A stretch of DNA of 63,566 bases, filler included, from Lenisia limosa (Eukaryota > Protista > Breviatea): assembly GCA_001655205.1 (NCBI GenBank). It is 12 parts of 12 records of this genome, joined end to end, with 100 filler letters (N's around TTAATTAATTAA, not from the genome) between each part and the next. Parts side by side here need not be neighbours in the genome. Positions count along the whole stretch, not along the records: positions 1 to 8,526 come from LPNZ01007674.1; positions 8,627 to 12,639 come from LPNZ01008016.1; 10 more parts are not named here. One strand, 5' to 3'. The notes beneath the pieces were generated by a model. It saw nothing but the letters and a program-made list of their open reading frames with translations. It ran no database searches and was not told the DNA's origin. Positions within the stretch are counted from its first letter, which is position 1, and every line of letters begins with the position of its first letter. Position numbers and translations under genes: made by a program. Below, one piece after another: positions 1 through 8,740 of this stretch.

Positions 1-466
1 ACTCTGTGGGTGTAGCGCCGTTCTTATAGTTCTGGTGAGGCAGGCTGTACCTCCAGGTGTAGTCTGTGTTCTGGCTCTAGATAGTATGAGTTTTCTGGCT
101 CTAGATAGCATGAGTGTTCTGGCTCTAGATAGCATGAGTGTTCTGGCTCTAGATAGCACGAGTGTTAACTTATGTTAGCCCATCACCCGATTCACAAGGT
201 AGTACACAAAGGGGATATCAGTATGTCAAAATTAAAACAGATTCATCAAGAGCAGCAATAATCTATTAACACACTTTTGAACAGTCGCTTGGTAAATCGT
301 TAAGCCTGAAATAAAAGTCTTAGAGTGGGTTCTTTGGTTTTACTGCTTATGCATTGCCAACCCCATTATGATAATGAAAATAGCACACCTTGGTGTAGCG
401 AACGAAACTGAAGTAGGTCATCACCAAGATACTCAGCGAGATCATGACACTGATGCAGAACTTCAT
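1..466 (-). CDS. 5' part of a hypothetical secreted/type II membrane protein (2 exons visible, runs off the window)
   Basis: Exon 466-389 reads MKFCISVMISLSILVMTYFSFVRYTK (hydrophobic N-terminus) and ends at a GT donor. An in-phase exon below about 70 reads NTDYTWRYSLPHQNYKNGATPTE. Confidence 0.45.
66..166. repeat. 24-bp tandem repeat x4 overlapping a minus-strand splice acceptor
   Basis: Unit gtgttctggctctagatagcatga starts at 66, 90, 114 and 138. Confidence 0.9.
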
Positions 467-840
467 CTTGAAGAACGTCCTCTTTCTCCTTGCCTTGTTT
501 GATCCAAATCAGGTCAACAATGATATCACTTCATTCTTTTCCAGTAATAGCAATTCTCTAATTCTCCAATTCTCTTATTCTCTCTATGTATAACTCTATA
601 ACTATCTAATAAAATATGAGGAAGAGAGAGGATGAGAAAGGGAGAAGGGAAGGATGAAAGCGACAAAATAAGCACTTGTACCAGATGTTTATATTGTATA
701 AAGAGGAAAAATATCGGATGGATCGATGGATCGTGCGAGACAACAACGAGACAGTAGTGTAGTGTATTATATATTATTATTTGCTTAAAGTATCTGAAGT
801 GAAGATTGACGTTGGGGTTTTGACTCAAACAAGCTACAAG

Positions 841-3800
841 ATGCCTAGAGGGCAAGTCGGGGACCATGAAAATCCCTTCAGACTGCCATCTGATGAAGAA
901 ATTTTCACTTTACGAGAATCCGAGAGAAGGCGGAAAAAAGAGGTAGCCCTCGCTTCTTACTAAGTCTCTCCTGTGTCTTCTTCCCTCTAATTATGTTTGA
1001 ATTATTGTTTACAATGTTAGGAGCGAGAGAAGCAAAGGTCCCTTCGCATTGAAGACAAACTCAAGTCACCAACTCGTCTTGCTTCGATCAGACAGTTGAA
1101 GGAAGACTCCGTGGAAGATGAAGAGGAAGACAGTCGCCAAGCCAAGCATATTAGACTTCTTCCTACACTGACAGAAGCTGCCGCAGCAAATGGTTGGTAA
1201 AGGGCTTTGTAGTGCCAGAGTTTCTTCTCAAAACATCCTCACTTCCTTGCCTCATCATACGTACTCACTAGCTTCGGTCGTATTCTCAATACCATTGTTG
1301 TTTGATACTACAATTCCCCTAATTTATCCCCTACTAAATAACCCCAAACCGCTTATTCTGATTTTGGCTTTTATGTTACTGGATTGGCAATTAGCAGAGC
1401 CAATATTTGAGAACTTGTTCAGTCTTTTTTTTTCCCTCCCCCCATTGTTTGACCACCCCCCCCCCACCAAAACCTGTTGATCCTGCCTCTACTTGTTTTA
1501 CTTTGTACAGATCGACGACGGGAACAGGAGAACCTTGCAGAGTTCCTCCAGAAGAAGAGGGAAATGTTCCTGGTCCAAGTTGGGGGGGGGGGGNNNNNNN
1601 NNNNNNNNNNNNNNNNNNNNNNNNNNNNNNNNNNNNNNNNNNNNNNNNNNNNNNNNNNNNNNNNGAAGCGTGACGAAATGCGAAAGCTTGAGGAGAGAGC
1701 CCAGTTGCGCGAGGCCGCCCTACGCAAAAAGGAGAAAATGCTTGAAGAGGACGCGACCCGATTTGACGCCTTTTTGAAGGAGAACGACATGAAAGCGGTG
1801 GAGGCGATTAAGCGGTTTGGGGGGGGGGGGAATCAGGAATTGTTTNNNNNNNNNNNNNNNNNNNNNNNNNNNNNNNNNNNNNNNNNNNNNNNNNNNNNNN
1901 AGTTTTGTTTTGTTTTGTTTTGTTTTCAATCTTGGAACACAGGTTTCCGTTTTTCACCTTATCACCGCCAACAGAGCCGAGACCGAGACTAAGGCCAAGT
2001 TGGACAAGGCCCAGGACGTCAAGAAGCTGAAAAGTCAAATCATGGTTGGGCTGCAATCTCCATGGGGTTTGTTTCCCATAATCATGCCTTTGTCAGATAT
2101 GCAAAAGCTTCTGCATACTGGGGTTGTTGAGGCTGAAAATATTTGAAGCAAGTTTGTTTCCAGTTTATAGTTACCACTTTCGACTGTTGTCAGTTGACTA
2201 AATAGACGCTTACGGCTGAAATGAGCAAGGCAGACGAGTTACTAACAGACTGCAAGAAATACAAGGTTGGCACCTTGGCTCTTTATGGCTTTTTTTTTTG
2301 CAATACTTGGTACTGACTCACTCCATAGGTTTTCCTTGATAACTTGACCCCCCGGGAGTGGTTGGAGCAACACAGGAAAAAACCAGTGGGGCAGTGGGAT
2401 GGATTGGATTTCCTTCTCCAGTGTGGCAAACCCCATTTATTACCACCGACAATATATCATAGTAATACATAATAATTACGATTACACTCAACTTATCGAG
2501 GAGATATTGAAGAATTCCGTCTTTTTGTGGACCATGAAAAGTCCTAACTGGGGAATGAGGATGGGTAAGAAGATAGACCTGTTATAATTCCATATTCTGG
2601 CGGTGTGTGTGAGGTATCGAGGTATTCTGTACTGGAGGAGTCTTGTGATTCATTGCTTCTCCTGAAGTTCACGCTTCGATCGTTACTGAGAAGATATTTT
2701 GCTTGATTTTAACTGATATTTTTCAGGCGGCTGATGAAAGGGTATCTTCACGACTCTCTTCGCTCAGAATAGGTTAGTGGTAATTACATTTTACGATATA
2801 TGGATTTCATTATTATTTTCTTTTAATTTGGGATATAGTATATGTATACTATATAATAAAGAGCTTCATGGTCCTATATTGCTCGCTACCTCCATTAATA
2901 CCGATATATCCCAGTCTATTTTGAATCCCTCATTACGTGGTCTCACCAGCATAGACGATAACAATGAGGAGGGTGAGGTGTCCAACATTGAGCAACTGGA
3001 CGAAACCGAGGTAAACTGGTGAACTGTTGTGATTTGATGCGTTATCGAAGATAACACGAAGGATTCCGAGTGTTGTCAGAGTGTCATTGATACTTGTCAT
3101 TCTCTAATCATACTAGTCAATATTTGGTATCAATTGCTTGGTTTTTTTTCTATTACCATCTGTTTCTTTCACCCCCTAGGACATTCCCATGTACTTCGTA
3201 GACCCCAACCAGCTTCTGGAGACATTCGCTGCTCTTGAAGAGAGAAATCTCTTCCTTATCCAAAACGCTCAGGTTAGCTTTGACCGAAATAACATGTTGT
3301 GATTCTACTGCAGCATAAATGCTTAAATTTAGATTTAATGTCGAAAGAACTATGTGAGAACATACCCCTGACGTTCCAGGAAACATACCCCTGACGTTCC
3401 AGGAAACATACCCCTGACGTTCCAGGAAACTGAACAAGCCTTGGAGGACCTCAAAGCAAAGTTCTCCTCCACTGTTAAGCGAATGTATGCTCTCAATTTC
3501 AAAAATTCACTTCTCAAAATGACTATTTCTCACCGTGTAGTGATATCTTTCTTTTCTTTTTAGAACCGATTTGAGGACCCATTTGAATTGTGTGTTTTGT
3601 TTTTTTGTGTTCATGTCCCTCGCATTGCCCCAATACCTTTACGCTAAATTATCGTAGTTTCCTCGGTTTCACACCTTCAGGGACACGGATCGAGATTTGC
3701 TGAACGCCGAGGTAACGAGTCTGCAGGAGCTCATTACGGCCGAAAACGAAAAGCTTAACGCCTTACAGACCCGCGCAAAGTTGGTAGGGACGTATTTTAT

Positions 3801-5308
3801 TCAAAAAAATATCTATCAATATTTGAATTAGAAAGTTAATTACTGAAATCCCGGGCTAAGAATGTATATCGTGGCAGCGAGGGCGGCTTCACCCTGATAT
3901 TTATTATTAAATGATNNNNNNNNNNNNNNNNNNNNNNNNNNNNNNNNNNNNNNNNNNNNNNNNNNNNNNNNNNNNNNNNNNNNNNNNNNNNNNNNNNNNN
4001 NNNNNNNNNNNACTATATATAATATATCCATTTCTAGTATTAATCCTTTCTCTCTCATTTCAATACTTGATTCTGACCTGAATTAACTATCCTTGGAAAA
4101 TGTGAAGGCCTGATAAACTATTTATTCTATCTGTTTTAATTATTAGGTTCTTCCAAATGGGAGCGACAGGCCAAGAGGACCAGCAGAAAGTCTTACAAGA
4201 CCTCAATATCATGGTATGTTAAGCTACCACCACTGAATGACTCTCACAAGAAATTTACTCTCCGAAGGTTTTTTATAAAGCACAAAACTCAAATTATTGA
4301 TAATTTTTTATTACAGGATTAATCACTTTTTTTGCCATTACAAGCAATTCACCGGCTCAGGTTGAAGATGTTTTCCAGCGTACTGTTGGCGGATATGAGG
4401 GTAACCTCACAACATTGGATATGCTTGCTACCTTGGAGAGGTGAGGGTGGCCATATATGCTTGATACCTTGGAGAGGTGAGAGTGGCCATATATGCTTGA
4501 TACCTTGGAGAGGTGAGGGTGGCCATATATGCTTGCTACCTTAGAGAGGTGAGGGTGGCCATATATGCTTGATACCTTGGAGAGGTGAGAGTGGCCATAT
4601 ATGCTTGATACCTTGGAGAGGTGAGGGTGGCCATATATGCTTGATACCTTGGAGAGGTGAGGGTGGCCATATTATGTTTGTTGCTTTTTAAGCCCAAATA
4701 GGCAGTTGTCTTGTTATCCTATTAGGAAGTTGGATGAACTTTTGACCCAAGTTGAGATGATGCCATCACAGTACGTCAGTGAGGCTGAAAAGGTCGGAAA
4801 GGGAACACTTTTCTGATAATATTGAATAATGATACATGTACATGCTGGTTTTTATAGACCTACTCCCACCCCCCAGCAGCATGATTGTGATAAATACAAC
4901 ATAACCTCTGGTACAAGTTGGGTACAGGAGTGTCAAGTCCAATATTTGTTTCATAATTCCCATTTTTCACCCCCACCCCCAGGCCAAGGAGAGGGACCGT
5001 AGACGGCGAGCAAGAGAAGCCAAGTTGGCGGACCAGAAAATGGCGCAAGAGGAGCGTGTGAGACGCGCACTTGAGCGTGCCAAGGCCCCCGTCAAGAAGA
5101 AGGTTGGGAACATGGGTTGTTTTGTCGCATAAATCCCCCCCTGATGCGCAATAGGAGAGGCTGGTTTGACAATTTCCTTGACTCACTCCACCAGACGGGC
5201 AAACCGGTGATGTTCCGCTCAATTCCCAAGCAAACACGGAAGAGGAAGCAGGACGATAATGTTGCCCAGGGCCAGGTAGAGGATGAGTATGCCTACTTCT
5301 TCCAATAG
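841..5308 (+). CDS. CFAP100: Cilia- and flagella-associated protein 100 (CCDC37/FAP100, DUF4200 coiled-coil), complete multi-exon gene
   Basis: Spliced translation gives ENPFRLPSDEEIF, ENLAEFLQKKREMFLVQ, LEEDATRFDAFLKEND, MYFVDPNQLLETFAALEERNLFLIQNAQ, GNLTTLDMLATLERKLDEL, QEERVRRALERA and KKTGKPVMFRS, ending at TAG 5306-5308. The GT-AG junctions I checked are in phase. Confidence 0.9.
3357..3430 (+). repeat. 23-bp tandem repeat x3, each copy ending in an acceptor AG
   Basis: Unit gaaacatacccctgacgttccag. AGs end at 3379, 3402 and 3425; the exon starts at 3426 (GAAACTGAA). Confidence 0.9.
4421..4672 (+). repeat. 36-bp tandem repeat x7, each copy containing the exon end and the donor
   Basis: Unit atgcttgataccttggagag|gtgagggtggccatat, with donors at 4441, 4477, 4513, 4549, 4585, 4621 and 4657. 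Confidence 0.92.
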
Positions 5309-5872
5309 CCACTTTTGTGTACTAGTTACTACGTTTCTTGATTGTTTCTAAAGGTTATCTAATGTATTATGTATAGTAGTCTGAAAATGTTGATGGTGTT
5401 TAACCACCCTACTACAATTACTATGACACTATGTGCCACTACGAAATTGTGAAATTTGACAACACAGAAGTTTGTCATATCCAAATTGTGTCCAAAACGC
5501 ATGTTGAATAAAAGGACCCACAGGACTGGGTATCACACTATTCACCACCTGAACTGAGATATTGGAAATAAATCCATCCGCTACTTTTCAGTGCCTTTTT
5601 CAAAAAAACTCTCCTTTCAGTTTAAAATGTAGGTACTTGTCTGGGGGTGTTGTTTGAGTTTAACTGTTCTCTTCTTAAGCCTGAAAAACATTGTAGTCGT
5701 TTGTTTATTCTCCTCGTAGTCCTCTTCTCTCTGCTACGCTGAGTATTTATCATGTACATTTTCAATATAATATGATTTTGAAGGAATTTGGTGGCATTTG
5801 CATCTTCCCCATTTCCCAATCACCTCATCATATCTCTTTGTTCATTATCTCCTCTCATGGTGTAGAAACACA

Positions 5873-8274
5873 ATGGAGAGTGAACAAAATACCAAAGTAA
5901 GAGGCTCTTTTTCAATGTTATTTGAGTTATATCATTAAGTGAACATATTTGTAATGGGCTTGTACATAATTCTCATTACCTCCTTTCTGCATATCTGGCT
6001 CAGTTACAAACGATATTGTATGCTGCGTTGGCAAACTAGACAGTTAGTACATACATAGTCAACAAATTGGCCTCAAGTTTCGTTTGTTTATCCCTTTATG
6101 CTGAAATTAGTCTGGGCTGTTTTTTTGTATTTGCTAACACCTGCGTTTGTGTTGATTATTACGCTTATAACGAAGATTTATGTTGTTAGTTTATGATTCA
6201 TAACAACTGATCTTACCCCCCCTCTCTCTCTCTCTCAGATTGTCACGCACAACGGCAAATTCCATGCCGACGATAGTCTTGCTTGTTGGATGCTTCTCCA
6301 AACCAAAATCGGCAGGAACGCTGGTGGGGGCCTGATTTTGAGGGCAATGAAGAGGATCTTTTATACTCCTTGTTCACCCCTCTGCAGAGATTGTCCGCAC
6401 ACGTGATCCTGCAGTCATAGCACAGGGTGATATTGTCGTCGATGTTGGAGGCGAGTATGACCATGAGAAGTGGGGGTGGGGTTATGACTAGGGCTTCCTT
6501 GCGGTTCCAAAAAGACCAGTAAAATACCGCATTTTATCGAGGATTTATCGAGCCCAAGGTATGACCATGAGGGTTGCATTGGCTCTCAATATTATGTACT
6601 GCATCAATGAAAGTAATATGAATCTGTTTTTGCGTTTTACCCTTTTTGATCGAATACCTTGTATCCTTGACATGATCCCATGACCTGAATTCAATAGACA
6701 TCGCTACGACCATCATCAAAGAGGCTTCAATGAGCAATTTACTGTATGATGGTTATCAACGGTTCTAAGGATTTTGATATAATTGATATAAGAATGTACA
6801 GTGCTAGTCTCATATTTCCTTCATCGATGTACAATGCAAAATGAGATGTGGTGCAACAGAATTGTACTGCTTATTGGAATAAATGGAGAGAAGAATGTAC
6901 TAGTCTTGGTGTTGTTTCCCAACGCCTCATGTTTCAGGGTCATCAGACCAAATTATCTGGCGCTGGCCTCGTGTACAGGTTTGTTGACCATGGCAAGATC
7001 AAGAATTGTATCGTGATATCTGCTGTACTGCATATCTTTCCGCCGAACCAACACAGCATTGTCTAATGATAGGAACCCATTGTAAATCTCTTCATTTTGA
7101 CCCCTTCTTTTTCATGGTTTATTTTGGGGTTTTTTTTTTGTATGGTAGCAATCCTCATGGCAAGAGTTTGTTTCATTCCGATTCCCTCAAAAAAGCGATT
7201 TTTTGGATACTCAAAGGGCCGCGAATTGTTTCAAAATATATTTACAGTAACAGTAGAGTATTATTTGTTTTGTACCAGTTCCTCCTAATGGCTGTAGACA
7301 TTTCGGCCGTGAGGTTATTGCCTCAATCACGGGTGAGATCGCAGACCAGACTTTGGACCTCATGTACGGTCGCGTGTACGCCAACTTCATGGAGGCTATT
7401 GATGCTGATGACAACGGTATTTCCCGGTACGTTGGGGATCTGGGTTATTTTTTGTTCACTATAATTGTTTTGTGTTTTTATGGAATGATAGGGAATTGTT
7501 GGGTGACTGGCGAAGCCTTCTCTCACAATTGAGACAGCAGCATTATTAAATCAACAAACCTTACATACTTGAAGTATATCATATAGTATACAATAGATAT
7601 GATATGATATATATAGATGATATGTATCATATGATATAGCTATACATGTATAATATATCATATCATATCATATATTATATATATACTATATATCATATGT
7701 GTAACTTATTATCCAGCTACGATGGAGAGGCCAAGTTCAAGTCTTCCACCTCTCTTCCTTCAAGGTTGGCCACACGGGATGTTGTTTTGATTCCAGACAA
7801 TATGATTACTGTCCAGCCAATAGAGTTACTATTTTATGTTTTTATCCGATATTCATATCCCTCCCCCCAGGGTCAACCACCTCAGCCCGGCCTGGAATGA
7901 GCCAGATATGGACGAAGATGCCCAGTTCATGAAGGTATGAGGGGGATTTGGTTCGCATCATTACATTCTACATGTAAGTACGTCACACCCTTTTTTTAAT
8001 AGACTTATGGCGAGAACCACTTAAAGCAACCTTTCCCATTCCAAATAACCACCTTCCACCCCCAGACTGTGGCTCTTAACCACCCCCAGACTGTGGCTCT
8101 TAACCACCTTCCACCCCCAGACTGTGGCTCTTCACCACCTTCCACCCCAGACTGTGGCTCTTAACCACCTTCCACCCCCAGGCTGTGGCTCTTACCGGCG
8201 AGGAGTTCAGCGGCTGTGTCCTGAGAATGAAAAACATCTGGCTCCCGGCCCGGTCGATTGTTGAGGCCGCCTTT
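5873..8274 (+). CDS. MYG1: MYG1 exonuclease (UPF0160), 3'-truncated by a gap/scaffold end
   Basis: Spliced motifs IVTHNGKFHADD, EIVRTRDP, DIVVDVGGEYD, RYDHHQRGFNE, TKLSGAGLVY, FMEAIDADDNGI, PAWNE, GEEF and WLPARSIV. Confidence 0.92.
8046..8194 (+). repeat. ~31-bp tandem repeat x5 spanning a MYG1 acceptor
   Basis: Unit taaccaccttccacccccag|actgtggctct. AGs end at 8065, 8089, 8120, 8150 and 8181; the true exon starts at 8182 (GCTGTGGCTCTTACC). Confidence 0.9.
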
Positions 8275-8526
8275 GTGTTGGGGGGGGGGGGNNNNNNNNN
8301 NNNNNNNNNNNNNNNNNNNNNNNNNNNNNNNNNNNNNNNNNNNNNNNNNNNNNNNNNNNNNNNNNNNNNNNNNNNNNNNNNNNNNNNNNNNNTTGGGGAT
8401 AGGAAAGCACAAGAGGCAATAAATCAAAAGTGTAAAATGAATTCCAAAAGGGTCTTTCTTCCAACACCTTCTTAGTTTCGTAGCTTGATAAACTCTGTTA
8501 TTTCGTGGTTTTTCTTCTCATTTGTC

Positions 8527-8626
8527 NNNNNNNNNNNNNNNNNNNNNNNNNNNNNNNNNNNNNNNNNNNNTTAATTAATTAANNNNNNNNNNNNNNNNNN
8601 NNNNNNNNNNNNNNNNNNNNNNNNNN
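8527..8626. other. Synthetic scaffold linker (44N-TTAATTAATTAA-44N); 11 such linkers in the window
   Basis: The identical 100-nt structure occurs at 8527, 12640, 18386, 21364, 31459, 37116, 45942, 50381, 51649, 53135 and 61667. TTAATTAATTAA gives stop codons in all six frames. Confidence 0.97.
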
Positions 8627-8740
8627 TAATTACAAGTAGTATATGCTATGTCATATATGATGTAGGTACCCCAGACTATATAATATACTACTATTAGATC
8701 ATATCACATACATACACAAAGCACAAGTCACCCCCCCCAC

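Noticed and set aside
4421-4672. 36-bp repeat as a CRISPR array
   Set aside because: The repeats are head-to-tail with no unique spacers, there are no cas genes, and the context is a eukaryotic intron.
8571-8582. Recurrent TTAATTAATTAA motif as a biological element
   Set aside because: It is always centred in exactly 44 N on each side, so it is a synthetic six-frame-stop scaffold linker.
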